Source: Eledone cirrhosa
Taxonomy: Eukaryota
Length of the DNA: 64,000 nucleotides
Direction: 5' to 3'
NCBI GenBank assembly: GCA_964016885.1
Contig: OZ024742.1
Coordinates: forward strand, 190,340,001 to 190,404,000
Below, one piece after another: positions 14,842-27,884 of this stretch. The stretch's first letter is position 1. Each line of letters starts with the position of its first letter. The position numbers were made by a program, and so were the translations under genes. Below the pieces are notes generated by a model, which saw only the letters and a program-made list of their open reading frames with translations, was not told the origin of the DNA and did not search any database.

Positions 14842-17800
14842 ATGGCCAATATAAGAGTTGGGTGTGTGAATGTACGCGGCTTGGGGATGCCCTGGAAACA
14901 GGACAAACTCTTAAACGACTTCAGTTCGCGCAGTATGGATGTAGTAGCCAGGATCCACAGCGGGCGACAGCTGGCGCCCATCTTCGATGACTTTGAGATC
15001 TACGCATCTCTCTGTCAGCCGGGGGGTGGGGGCAGGGTTGCTGTTTTGCTGCGGAAACACCTGGGTCTCGTAACTCAGACGGTACATCTGGACCCGGAGG
15101 GTCGACTGGTGGTCCTAGACGTTGACGGTAGTGAAGGTGGAGCCTTCAGGCTGGTAGTCGCATATGCCCCATCCGGGACTCCGCGGCCAGACTTCTTCAA
15201 ACGTCTAGAGACTTTTCTGGGAACGTCCCGCTCCTTGCTTTTAGTGGGGGCACTGGAATAGAATCCTAGATGCACGTTGGGACTATGTGGGAGCATGTCC
15301 CGATAAAGGGGAGTGTAACAGCCTCAAACAGTTAATCGGCCGATTTGACCTGGCCGATAGATATCGACTAGATTTTCAAACTGTGCCACTGTGGACGTGG
15401 ATTAATCTTAGCGGAACACCTAGATCGTACCTAGATAGGGTTCTAGTTAGAAATAAGGATAGGGACATGTTAAGCTGTCCACAAATGTTCATGGTTGCCT
15501 ATTCAGATCACAAACTAGTGACCTGCATGGTCAATCTTGATAGAACCCATAGACAAGGACCTGGCTACTGGAAGCTTAACTTGTCGTTACCGACATGCAA
15601 AGCCTACAGTAGACGGATTAGCACTTTAGTTAAACAGCACTTGACAGGGGCCATTGTCAACAACAGATGGTGGTACTCTCTCAAGAGGGCAGATAGATTA
15701 GACTCGTTAGTTTTTAGTAAATAATTAGCGTCAGATAGAAATAGAACCGAGAAAGAACTGGTAGATAAAGTAGAAGAGGCAATTAGAAGTGGCAACGTAG
15801 CTAGCGTGCTAGCAACGAGAACGGCCTTGGACCAGTTCTTCGACGCAAAGCATGAGAGCTGCGTTGTCAGAAGCAAAATAAATGCTCTGGGAAACGAGGG
15901 AGCCAAAGCTGTTAGCTGGGCCCGAGTGACGGAGGCAAAAAGTGGCAACAAGTCCACGATTCTGTCTTTGCAGGACCAAAAGGGACGCGTGATACGTGAG
16001 CCGAAGCAGATGTGTGCGGACTTTCAGCGACACTTTGCTCAGCTGTTCGGGCAGGGCGGCGCACCGGGAGGGGCTATGGATTTCGGTCCATACCTCGACG
16101 GCCTACCGCGACTCTCGGACAGCGAGGCAAAGTCCTGCGAAAAGCCGATTTCAGCCACTGAAATAGGGGACGCGCTGAGCCAATGCGGCACACGAAAATC
16201 TCCAGGTCTCGACGGTCGACCCTACGAATTTTACGTAGCAATGCCGGACTTATTCTCCGGTGTCCTGGAAGCGGTCTACTGCAACTGGCAACAGAACGAG
16301 TGAATTCCCAGTTCTGTGACCGGGGGCGTAGTCACACTAGTCAGGAAGGACGAGTATAAGGGGGATGACATAGGCAACTTCTGGCCCATAACTCTGATAA
16401 ACACAAAGTTACAGATTTTGGCCAAGGTGTTGGCAAAGAGGCTGGCGCTTGTCGTCGAGAACCTGGTGGGAGAAGCGCAGACATGCGCAATCCCGACCAG
16501 GTCCATACACGACAACCACCACCTCATGCGATACATCATAGAGAGGGTAGGGTGTAAACCCGGCTTCGGTGGGGCCATGATCAACTTGGATCAGTCTAAG
16601 GCTTTCGATAGGGTTGACCATCGTTACCTGGATGCGGTGCTCGAGGCGGTAGGCTTCGGACCCGTGTTCACGGGCTGGATTGCCGCAATGCATAACACCA
16701 ACATCTGCTCAAGGGTTAAGGTGAACGGCTACCTCTCGGAGCCGTTCCATATCACACGATCCATTCGACAGCGATGCCCTCTCTCCTCCCTTCTGTACGT
16801 ATTGACTCTCGAGCCACTACTGCGGAAGCTGGAGCTATTGCAGGGCATCCCTCTGGAACAGGGACTGCGGAAAGCGGCGTCGGCCTAAACCTACGACGTG
16901 GCAGTGATTGTGTCGAGCGCCTCGCAAATCGAGGAAGTCGGCACCTTACTGAAGGAATACAAAATGTTCACAGGAGCGAAGCTGAACCGGTACAAGTCCA
17001 TCGGTTTGCAACTCGGTGCCTTCCGATGGCGTCGTCGGGCGCTGGACAGAAGGACCAGTAAAGCTGCTCGGGGTCTGGTTTGGTCCGGACCTCCAGGTGG
17101 AGAAGGACGGGAACGAATTGTGTCGGCCAAGGTGTTTGCACTCACCCAGAAGTGGGCCGAGGGCAAACTACCATTGAAAGTTCGAGCGGAGGTGGCGAAC
17201 ACTTTTATAGCGTCCGCCATCTACTACCGCTTGACCGCCGTGACTTGTCCAGCCAAAACGCTCGCCAAAATGGAGCGCGCGCTCTTCCAATTCCTTTGGA
17301 AGAGGCGGGCTCCTTTGGTGAGAAGATCCATCCGCTGCCAAAGCCCTTCCAACGGAGGGCTGGGGATGCCGTGGTTGACGATGCCCCAAAACGCGCTCAG
17401 GCAGCGGCATCTCTACGTATTCCTCACCGGACAACCGGTGTGGGCCCCGTTCGTGAGGCGAGCCTTCCCACAACTCGTCTCGCTGACCGAGCTCCAGTCC
17501 TGGGTCAAGCAAAGACCGAGGAAAATGGGCGACTGGCACATCGAATGTGCTCAGGCGCTCACAGCCCTCTGACAGGCGGACCCGGGGATCAGTGGAGACT
17601 CCACTTCGTCATTCTATAGAGGGCGGATCCGCAGCAAGTGAGACGACGTGCTCGGTGAAACTCTGGGCGTAGAGGAAGACGAACTGGCCAGTCTCTTCGA
17701 TAGGACCTTCCGCCCGGGACCGATGGACAACTTCCAAAAGTCCCTGGCCTGGCAGTGCTACCGAGGAACTCTACCAGTTCGAGACAAGCTCTACAGACAT

Positions 17801-18250
17801 GGGCGCCCGGGCAGGGACCCTTCAAAAAAGATCTGTCCGAGGTGCGTGCGAGACGAAGAAACCGTCGCGCACGCATTCATACACAGCCCGGGCGTCACCG
17901 ACCTGTGGGGCTATGTAGAACGACTATTGTCGCGGGTGGGACCAATCCGGTTGACCACCGAGTCCATTGTCATGATCAAACCACCACCCTCCTTCAAAAA
18001 CGAAGGAGAGACGGTTTTCCTTTGTGTGATAGCTATGGCGAAAGAGGTTGTATGGTGGACAAGGTTGAAAGGGCTGAGGTCAGACACCTTTCTCTCCGGC
18101 CAACAACTGATTCTTTTTTACAAATACCACTTTGGAAGAAGAATCAGTCTGGAGAGAGACGTGCTGTACCCCAGCAAGTTTTATGAAAGGTGGGTGAAAG
18201 TGGCGAGAATGGCCCGAGTGAATGGGCTTTCTCTCTATATCAGCCTGTAG
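14842..18250 (+). pseudogene. LINE ORF2 (AP endonuclease, reverse transcriptase, zinc finger), interrupted
   Basis: GCVNVRGL, SYLDRVLV, YSDHKLV, LDQSKAFDRVDH, IRQRCPLS, destroyed YADD (GCCTAAACCTACGAC), GGLGMP, CPRC..EETVAHAF; multiple stops and frameshifts. Confidence 0.93.
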
Positions 18251-18485
18251 GTTGAGGAAAAAGAGGAGAGGAAAGTAGTACAAACTCTTCGTACTCGTGG
18301 AGATGAGGGTTGCACATTTTTTTCAGGGGTATGTTACCCATATGAAATGTCTCCCCCTATTGGGGAAAATCGACTAATTTTTAAATTACATTTGTGATAA
18401 TATTTTACACGTTTTTATTGTATGTAAACTTCCCCCCTTTGTGTTTGTCCCCTTCTTTTGTGTCCCTGTGGCTAATAAAGAAACA

Positions 18486-18524
<39 letters not shown>

Positions 18525-18602
18525 GTATCTATCTATGTATCTATCTATCTATCTATGTAACATATCTATCTATCTATATATCTATCTATCTATCTATCTA
18601 TG

Positions 18603-18633
<31 letters not shown>

Positions 18634-18649
18634 ATATTTACCCCCCCCC

Positions 18650-18680
<31 letters not shown>

Positions 18681-19184
18681 GATATATACACATCAATATA
18701 TATATATTTATTTAATTATGCCTATCTCTATCTCTCTCACTCACCCATTCCCGATCTGTCAAGCTACCTCTCCCTCTATCTGTATCTCTTATTCTTTCTC
18801 ATCCTCTATCCAGATTAAAGAGGGATAGAGAGAGCGCGAGGGAAGAGAGAAAAGAGAAGAGAGGGAGAGAAAAGGAGGGAGAGGAAGAAAGGGAGAGGAA
18901 GAGTAAGAGGAAGGGCTAATTGAGTAACTCTGACTTATTACATTACTGGTATTGATTGTAGTGACTGGCTCGGCTTCCAGAATGATTTATCAACTTCCGC
19001 GTGGGATTGATCTGCAGAAATATAATATATAGAGTGAAACTCTACCGTCGTGTATGTATGTATGTATGTATGTATGTATGTATGTATGTATGTATGTATG
19101 TATGTATGTATGCATGCATGTATGTATGTATGTATGTATGTATGTATGTATGTATGTGTGTATCGACAGTGTCTCTTTCTTTAT

Positions 19185-19792
19185 GTCAGGTCACCAGTTG
19201 GTGCTACTGGTAACATGTATCCCAGTACAACCTGTCTCATGGTCGGGTCGTTGGCGACTAAACTGGCAACCCCACCAAGGTTTCTTGGTGAGGAGGGTGA
19301 CTTTGGACATCCTGCAGGACTAAAAACAAAACCTGTCAAAGGGCAACGGAGCTCTTAAACTCAATAGCCATCCAAAATCACCGGGAGAGATGACCCCTTA
19401 GCCTTTGTCAAGGCAGAATTCTAGGAGAAGGAAAACTCTGATATAACACCTGCAACCCTGATGGTATCCAATGATGTTGACTTGTTCTTCTTTTTGGTAA
19501 ATATCATCTTGGTTAAGAGAGTGGGACTGGCTTTGTGCAGTGCCTTTGCTCACTATAAAAGCTTCACAGCACAGGCATTGCTTTATATCTGGAGATCTCT
19601 CTGCACTTGTCATCACATGGTACCATGGGCCCTGCACTATGTGTCAATAATGGTCACAAGTGTAGTCTTTGTGCCAGAGTTTTCAAGTCGCTGGCTGGAC
19701 TAAAAAGTCACATTCGTTCAGCGCATCGGTAGGGGTTCTCCTACATGGATATAAAGTAGTGGCCGTACTCGAAAACGAGTTGGCAGCCACCA
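19185..19792 (+). mobile_element. Non-autonomous bipartite RTE-derived retroelement, copy 2
   Basis: 19655-19732 encodes HKCSLCARVFKSLAGLKSHIRSAHR*, like the C-terminal C2H2 finger of RTE ORFs; 3' hairpin ACTCG-AAAA-CGAGT; (TATG)n tail; no RT. Confidence 0.78.
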
Positions 19793-19842
19793 TGTATGTA
19801 TGTATGTATGTATGTATGTATGTATGCATGTATGTATGTATT

Positions 19843-20216
19843 GTTTTCTCTTTCTCTTAATTTTGAGTATATTTTTTTGACCGGCCACCTTCCTGGTGGC
19901 AAGGTTGTAAAAGAAAAGAAATTGTCATCCCTTGAATCGCAAGAATGTTTTGCAAATTTTGAAGGTGCCAGCTATCGCAGCCATTTGTAGACTATGAATT
20001 AGGGAGCTGCGCTCTTTGTCCGCAAATCCAAGTTCAGTCATACTTTGGTCCAAGCGGGTTGGTATATAACCCGTAGCACCAATAATGATGGGTATGAAGC
20101 TAAAGGTGTATCTTGGATACTGGATTTGTAAACTCCTCATCAATGGTCCGTAGATGTCCTCCTTCTCCTGTATTTTTCTGACAACGTTTACACCAAGTGG
20201 GCAGCTGATCTCCACA
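19843..20216 (-). mobile_element. 3' fragment of a restriction-like-endonuclease (R4/R2-group) non-LTR element
   Basis: VEISCP..NV..K..EK...Y..L....PIIIGATG..AAIAGTFKICKTFL C-terminal RLE signature; flanked by (TATG)n. Confidence 0.75.
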
Positions 20217-20249
20217 TGCATGTATGTATGTATTTATGTATGTATGTAT

Positions 20250-20826
20250 GTTTCTCTTTCTCTTAATTTCGAGTACATTTTTGACCAGCCACCTTCCTGG
20301 TGGCAAGGTTGTAGAAGAAAAGAAATTGTCCTCCCTTGAATCGCAAAAATATTTTGTAAATTTTGTAGATGCCAGCTATAGCAGCTATTTGTAGTCTATG
20401 AATTAGGGAGCTGTACTCTTTGTCCACAAATCCAAGTTCAGTTATACTTTGGTCTAAATAGGTTGGAATATAACCTGTTTCTACTTTAGGCACAAGGCCA
20501 GCAATTGCCCAGTGCATTACTGGTACTTTATTTTATCGACCCCGTAAGGATGAAAGGCAAAGTGAATCTCGGCGGGATTTGAACTCAGATCGTAAAGGGA
20601 CGTAACTATGCTGGAAAGCATGGCGTCCCACCCTCTACTGATACTGCCAATCCACCGCCCTACCTGTAGCTCCAATAATGATGGGTATGAAGCTGAAGGT
20701 GTATCTTGGATACTGAATCTGCAAACTCCTCATCAATGGTTCGTAGATGTCCTACTTCTCTTGTATTTTTCTTACAACGTTGACATCAAGTAGGCAGCTG
20801 ATCTCTACAGCAGAGCACGTTTTCAA
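20250..20826 (-). mobile_element. Second RLE-element 3' fragment, interrupted by a SINE at 20476-20656
   Basis: Homologous to 19843-20216; the SINE is flanked by a short ACCTGT duplication. Confidence 0.75.
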
Positions 20827-20984
20827 TGTGTGTGTATGTATGTATGAATCATAGGTAAGTAGGTATTATATATGTAGGGATGTATGGCTGTATGGTAAAC
20901 AAAAATTGATTTGCAACTATGGCGTTCACGGTTGCGGCGAAATGCACAGCATTTTGGCCAAAGGGCTTAATGCCCGAGAAGGTC

Positions 20985-21135
20985 ATGGGTGAAGCGTCCA
21001 GCGGATAATGTCAGAAGTAACCGTTTCCAACTGCTCCGGCTGGATCCCCAAACGAGATCAGCCAAGGTCATGGATGTTATCCAACCATCTTACTCGGGGT
21101 CTATCCCTGGTTCTCTTGCTGGCTGGTTTCACGGG
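20985..21135 (-). mobile_element. RTE-type LINE 3' fragment
   Basis: Minus strand reads KRTRDRPRVRWLDNIHDL..RLGI; related piece at 39625-39835. Confidence 0.55.
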
Positions 21136-21161
21136 AAATTATTATTAGTCAGATTTTATGG

Positions 21162-21209
<48 letters not shown>

Positions 21210-21256
21210 TATTAATTCAAAATATTAAGAAAAATAGAACTTCTTGTGATCAAGTA

Positions 21257-21323
21257 TATTTTATTATACATATTTTAGAGGTACTGAGCTAACTTCGACA
21301 GTACGTCCTCATCAGATAAAATA
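21257..21323 (-). ncRNA. Degenerate hammerhead (G12A), same family as 55685-55751
   Basis: TATTTTAT-CTGATGA-GGACGTACTG..CAGTACCTCT-AAAA TATGT ATA-ATAAAATA; GAAA is mutated. Confidence 0.65.
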
Positions 21324-21390
21324 AGATGATGCATGACATACCCTGACATACCCTGACATAGTATACACACACACACACACATATATATAT

Positions 21391-21424
<34 letters not shown>

Positions 21425-22206
21425 ACGTAAGAAAAAACAAAGAGAAGACATGACAAAGAACGGAAACAAAACAAAATAAAAAACAATTTTTTAAGGGGAA
21501 ACCTTAAAAAATTAAAATATAGTCGTTTTGGAAGCCTCAATGCAGATGGGTAAATCTCCAGGTACCCATCTGCATCGTCGAGGCTTCCAAAACGACTATT
21601 TTTAATATTCCACAATGCTTCAAGCAAACTTTAACATTATCTTAAGAAATTATTTAAAAAAAAAAAAATACAAATGAAGAACACACAATTCCAAGGTCAT
21701 TGGCTGTTGAAATGGACTTTGGCAGTTTCGACCACTACTAATGGTACTGCTGGCCCACCCCGGATCACAGCGCCTGACATAAGCCAAAACTGGCGGGAGA
21801 TAAAACATTGTGCTTGTCTTTGTGCGTGTGCCTATAATTTCATTTTTATCTGTGGATATGTCTAGTAACTTAGCGCTTCGACAAAAACAAAACAATCAAA
21901 TAAGCACAACATATGAATCGAATGAATAGTTGTGTCGAGGTAATCGACTAAAGTAAAATGAAGCCCTATGACGGCCTCAATTTAATGACTGAAAACAGTG
22001 CTTAGGATGTACACCTCACATTTGCTGTATGTATATACATACATATATGTAACCAGTTAGTAAGTAATAATATATTATACGGTGGTGGGGGACACCTGTT
22101 TCAGCACTTCATGCTTTTGTGTGAATTAAATATTCAGTGTTAAAAGTGTGTATTAACATCGATATCTGTTTATAATTAGTATAATATGCAGAGATTTTAT
22201 ATTAGA

Positions 22207-22398
22207 TAATTGTTTCTACTTTTGGCACAAGGCCAGCGATTACCTCAGTACATTACCAGTGCTTTATTTTATCGAACCCGTAAGGATGAACGGCAAAGTT
22301 AACTTCAGCGGGATTTGAACTTAGACCGTAAAGGGCCGTAACTCTATGCTGAAAAGCATGGCGTCCGACTCTCTATCGAAACAACTGCCAATCCACCA
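22207..22398 (-). mobile_element. tRNA-derived SINE
   Basis: Match to the window consensus. Confidence 0.85.
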
Positions 22399-22679
22399 AA
22401 TAATGGAAGATTGTTTCAGTTTAACAGAAATTATTTGTAATCACGCGTTACACGTGTTTCGCAAATAATCAGCTCGGAATCAATTTCATCTCTGAATTAA
22501 GGTTTACTCACCTGACGCAACGGAGATCAATATCTGAAAATGATCACCTCTGCATATTCCAATATGTGTATGTCTGTGTGTTTGTATTTGTCTATGAGTG
22601 TTTATTTGTGCGTGTGTGAGCGAAAGCATGCGAGTGTGTGTGTGTGTATGTGTGTGCACGTATGTCTGCAAATGTTTGC

Positions 22680-22712
<33 letters not shown>

Positions 22713-22949
22713 TGTGTGACCCAACGCATATGGCCATATAATAAATGTCCACCTGGGGTGGGGGAGAAGTGAATAAAGATGAACAATGTGTGTTTATATG
22801 TGTTTGTGTGACTCTCTCCATCTTGTTCCCACTTTCGCTGTCTTTATATCACATACTATGTATTGGGCTGTAACATAAATTCCCGCCGTTTCTATTATTA
22901 AGGAGTCTCATAAAAACCGCGGGAATGTATGTTACATCCCAATATATAT

Positions 22950-23890
22950 GTGTAAGTCAGTTTGTATGTTTGCATATGTGAATGTATATGCGTGTGCCTA
23001 TGTATGTGTGAGAAGGTGTGTGTGAGAAGGTGTGTGTGAGAATGTGTGTATGAGAATGTGTTTGAGATGATGTTTGTGTGAGAATGCATGTATATATGTG
23101 TGTGTGACGGAGAGAATGTGTGTGTCTGGGTGTGTATATGCGTGTGCGTATGTGTGTGTGAGAATGTGTGTATGAGAATGTTTGTGTGAGAATGTATGTA
23201 TATGTGTGTGTTTGTGTGTGTGACGGAGAGAATGTGTGTGGGTGTGGGTGTGTATATGTGTGGGTGTGAGAAGGTGTGTATGAGAATGTGTTGGAGAGAA
23301 TGTGTGTGGGTGTGTATATGCGTGTACCTATGTGTGTGTGAGAAGGTGTGTGTGAATGTATATGTGTATGTGTGTAATGCGTGTGTAACAGATAGAATGT
23401 GCGTGGGTGTGTATATGCGTGTGCCTAAGTGTGTGTGAGAATGTGTATATGCATGCGTGTGGCAGAGAGAATCTGTGTGTGTGTATGTGTGTATGCGCAT
23501 GTTGGTGTGTGTGTGCATGTGTGTGTATGTGTGTGTATGTATGTGTGTGTGTGTGTATGTGTGTGAATGTATGTATATGTGTGTGTGTGAGAATGTGTAC
23601 ATATATGCATGCGTGTGGCAAAGAGAATGTGTGTGTGTGCATGTTGGTGTGTGTGGATGTGTGTGTGTGTGTATGTGTGTATGCGCATGCTGGTGTGTGT
23701 GTGTGCATGTGTGTGTATGTGTGTGTATGTATGTGTGTGTATGTGTGTGAATGTATGTATATGTGTGTGTGTGAGAATGTGTACATATATGCATGCGTGT
23801 GGCAAAGAGAATGTGTGTGTGTGCATGTTGATGTGTGTGGATGTGTGTGTGTGTGTATGTGTGTATGCGCATGTTGGTGTGTGTGTCTCC
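22950..23890. repeat. Degenerate (TG)n satellite with higher-order repeat units
   Basis: GCATGCGTGTGGCA..GAGAAT recurs three times, roughly 160-180 bp apart. Confidence 0.8.
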
Positions 23891-24426
23891 ACCATGAGAC
23901 AATACAAGTTCTGTCTTGATTAAATAGCCTCTGGGAGTCTTCGTATAATGTTTCAAGATGTCTTTAACTTTTTCTTTCTCTCTCTATATCTACTTGACTC
24001 TATATCGGTACATATCTGTCATTCATCCGTCTCTGTCTCTCCCTCTGTCTTTCTCTCTTCCTATCTATCTATCTTTCTATTTCTATACTATTTCTATATC
24101 GCTTTCCCCTCAGTTAAATTTAGTTTACAAAATGTTTTATAATTGAATGTCAATAACTCAATCGAAATCGTATTAGTTTTTATTTTGCCTTTGCTGGAAA
24201 CGGGTGGTGGACTGTGTGTGTATGTGTGTATATATGTGTAGGTGTGTATATGTGTATGTGTATATATCATTGTGTATATGTATCTGTGTGTGTGTGTGTT
24301 CGTGTATGTATGTATATGTCTGTGTAAGTGTATATATATGTGTATATGTATGCATATGTGTGTATATATATATGTATGCATATATATTTGTGTATGTATA
24401 TGCGTGCGTGCATATATATATATATA

Positions 24427-24469
<43 letters not shown>

Positions 24470-24835
24470 TTAATTGTTTTCTTGATTTTACTATTCTTTC
24501 CTATTTTAATATTAAATAATTTTTCTTTATATATATTTTTTTAAATCTTCGGTTATTAATTTCGATGAGGTGTTGCTACTAATGTTATATCTCTAAATAT
24601 CTCATTCCTCCCCCTCCTCCACCCCTACCCCTCCTCCTCCTCTTCCTTATCATCATCATCATCATTATTATGATCATCATGATCATCATCATCGCAGCCG
24701 CCATCATCATTACCAACAACAACACCACCACTACAATCACCATCATCAGTACCACCAACACCATCGTCATCTCATCACTATCTTTGTTTGGTGGTATCGC
24801 TAGAGGGGCCTACGCCATGCATCATTATTATTATT

Positions 24836-26662
24836 GGTGGATTGGCAGAATCGGTAGAGAGTTGGACACCATGCTTCGCAGCATAGAGCAACGGCCCTTT
24901 ACGTTATGTGTTCAAAAGCCTCCGAGGTTAGCAGAGTCGGACACCGTGCTTTGCAGCATAGATTTGCGGCCCTTTACGGGCTGCGTTCAAATGCCGCCGA
25001 GGTTAACTTTGCCTTTCATCCTTACGGGGTCGATAAAATAAAGTACCAGTAATGCACTGGGGTATTGGCTGGCCTTGTGCCAAAGGTAGAAACAATTATC
25101 TTTCTTATCATCATCCTCTTTCTTCTTCTTCTTCTTCTTCTTCTTCTTCTTCTTCTTCTTCTTCTTCTTCTTCTTCTTCTTCTTCTTCTTCTTCTTCTTC
25201 TCCTTCTTCTTCTTCTTTACTGCCCTTTATGTTCTGAGTTCAAATCCCACCGAGGTTACCTTTGCTTTTCATCCTTTCAAGGTGGGTAAACAAAGCATCA
25301 GTAATGCACTGGGGTCAATTTAATCGACGTTTCCCCTCCCTTAAAATTGCCGACCTTGTGCCTAAATCAAAAGCCGTTATTGGTGTTGTTGTTGTTCCTC
25401 TTATTGATATGTTTGTCGTCGTTGATGTTGGGTGTGTTGTGGCTGTGGTTGATGTTGCTATATTAACTATACATTTTGTAATGATTCCCATTATTTAAAT
25501 ATAATTTCTCCATTCCTATTTTAGTTACAAATTTTGATTCCAACTTTAATATATAAATATTTTTGATGAGTAGAGATTCATTTTGCATTTTGTATTCATT
25601 CTAGTATACTTAACTATTGAAAACTAATTGTTTCTCCTTTTGGCACAAGACCAGCAATTATCCCAGTGCATTACTGGTACTTTATTTCATCAACATTGTA
25701 AGGATGAAAGGCAAAGTTAACCTCGTCGGGATTTGATCTCGGGGCTTAACTCTATGCTACAAAGCATGGCGTCCGACCTTCTACCGATACTACTAATAAT
25801 TGTTTCTACATTTGACACAAGGCCAGAAATTATTCCAGTGTATTACTGGTACTTTATTTTATCGACACCGTAATGATGAAAGGCAAAGTTAACCTCGGCG
25901 GGATTTAAACTCAGACCACAAAGGGACGTAACTCTTTGCTGGAAAGCAGGGCGTCCGACCCTCTACCAATACTCCCAATCCACCGCCCTCTAATAATTGT
26001 TTCTACTTTAGGCACAAGGCCAGCAATTACCCAGTGCATTACTGGTACTTTATTTTATCGACCCCGTAAGGATGAAAGGCAAAGTCAACCTCGGCGGGAT
26101 TTGAACTCAGATCGTAAAGGGACGTAACTATGCTGGAAAGCATGGCGTCCGACCCTCTACCGATACTGCCAATCCACAATAATTGTTTTCTAATGTAGGC
26201 ACAAGGGCAGCAATTTTTGGGGGTAAGGGAAAGTCGATTAAATCGACTCCAGTCCATTACTGGTGCTTTATTCTATCAATCCCATAAGGCAAAAGGCAAA
26301 GCTAACCTCGGCGGGATTTAAAATCCGAATGTAAAGGGCTGGAACTCTATGCCACTAATATTGTCCGACACTCAATAACAATAATAATAATGGTTTCTGA
26401 TTTAGGCACAAGGGCAACAATTTGGAGGGAAGGAGAAAGTTGATTAACCCTTTAGCATTTCAATAATAATAAATCAGAAACCATTATTATTACTAGCAGA
26501 AAGGGTGGATTGGCAGTATCGGTAGAGGGTCGGACGCCATGCTTTGACGCAAAGAGTTACGTCCCTTTACGGACTTTGCCTTTCATCCTTACGGGATCGA
26601 TAAAATAAAGTACCAGTAATACACTGGGATAATTGCTGGCCTTGTGCCAAAAAGTAGAAACC
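24836..26662. mobile_element. SINE cluster (about 8 copies, both strands, several head-to-tail)
   Basis: Plus-strand copies at 24836-25097, 25220-25372 and 26505-26662 (27-bp duplication at 26476-26502 and 26656-26682); minus-strand tandem at 25627-26372. Confidence 0.85.
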
Positions 26663-27179
26663 ATTATTATTACTAGCAGAAAAACCACCCATCGGGTGGT
26701 TTTCTGCTAGCATGTGTAGTGTGTATATTGATATTATACGCAGGTATATATACATGTAGATATGATACATCAAATAAAATCGTAATTGACAATATATAAT
26801 ACATAGAAATTGAACGAAGACTGCGTTACACTGTCTTATTTAATGAGTAACGTAATCCATGATACATTAAAAAAAGACGATATCTAATATATATTTGTGA
26901 AATGGGTGGTGGTTGAAATTCAGATGTGCACTGTTAAATGGTAGTAGACGTGGTCGGACGGACATGAAAATTTACACACCTATGTAAAACGTGCCAAGGA
27001 AGCAAATAGACGAGGTTTCAAATCTCTAACTTGAACAATGTGGTCCCTAGGGCCCCAAACAGTCTATTTACTATCGCGTTCGGTGAGTTATTTCCCCCTG
27101 TTCTAATACTTGGCTGAGTTATTTACAATTTCATACAAATTTTTAAACTCATCAACGTTCTTTCGCTGTTAACATACAG

Positions 27180-27689
27180 TACCAATAATTTCAAAAATAT
27201 TATTGAAAGTGTATTATAAAGAAGCAGTTTCAGGAAAAAGTGTAAACTATCATACAAACCTTCATAATATGCATTTTTAAACTTGCATATCATCGACATT
27301 GCTATTTCGCTGTTAATAAACTATCATCCTTCTACATTTAACGATCTTACAGTACCGTTTTATGAAATCGATTCTGCAGTACGGTCACTGTTTTCCATCA
27401 AAAGAAATAAAACCCTTAAATTGCGAAGAAGGGACGCGCGTTTTTATTTTAATTCTAATACATGTTAACCACCACTAACAGTAAGTAGTATTTTTCAAGT
27501 TGCATATCATCGACATTGCTATTTCGCTGTTAATAAACAACGCTTCTCATTGTACGCCGTCCAGCCCCAAGTGCATATTTCTATTTTTTTTCCTGAAACT
27601 GCTTCTTTATAATAAACTTTCAATAATATTTTTCAAATTATTAACTTAATAAAAAGTGGCCCCAGGTGCAACCGGGCTCAGCTGCTAGT
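27180..27689 (+). mobile_element. Probable non-autonomous Helitron 3' portion
   Basis: Subterminal hairpin CCCAGGTGCAACCGGG followed by CTAG|T at 27685-27689; internal inverted repeat 27183-27238 / 27586-27642. Confidence 0.5.
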
Positions 27690-27884
27690 TATATATATAA
27701 ACTGCATTAGGAGAAAATTAGTGACAGAAAATTAGTATGTTTATTTAAGCGATGGCCAACCGAAAGTGTTGACATTTCAGAAATTTTAAAGAAGTGAATC
27801 TTTAAATAAACAAAATATATTTAATTAACAGCCACGAAATTTAGTAGATAAATTATGTAATATTCATTCATTATTTATTCAAAG

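Larger units (their letters stand above)
12721..18484 (+). mobile_element. Full-length Tx1-clade (L1 superfamily) non-LTR retrotransposon, decayed
   Basis: 5' UTR, ORF1 with zinc knuckle, ORF2 (APE, RT, zinc finger), 3' UTR ending AATAAAGAAAC; (TATC)n on both flanks. Confidence 0.93.

Noticed and set aside
22443-22475. Half hammerheads (GAAACACGTGTA here; also ~36318-36358, ~53275-53305 and ~61960-61990)
   Set aside because: The core box or stem II is missing or degenerate, so they were not counted as ribozymes.
26672-26711. 40-bp palindrome CTAGCAGAAAAACCACCC..GGGTGGTTTTTCTGCTAG as a terminator
   Set aside because: Eukaryotic context; more likely a fold-back or Helitron-end remnant, with too little evidence to call.
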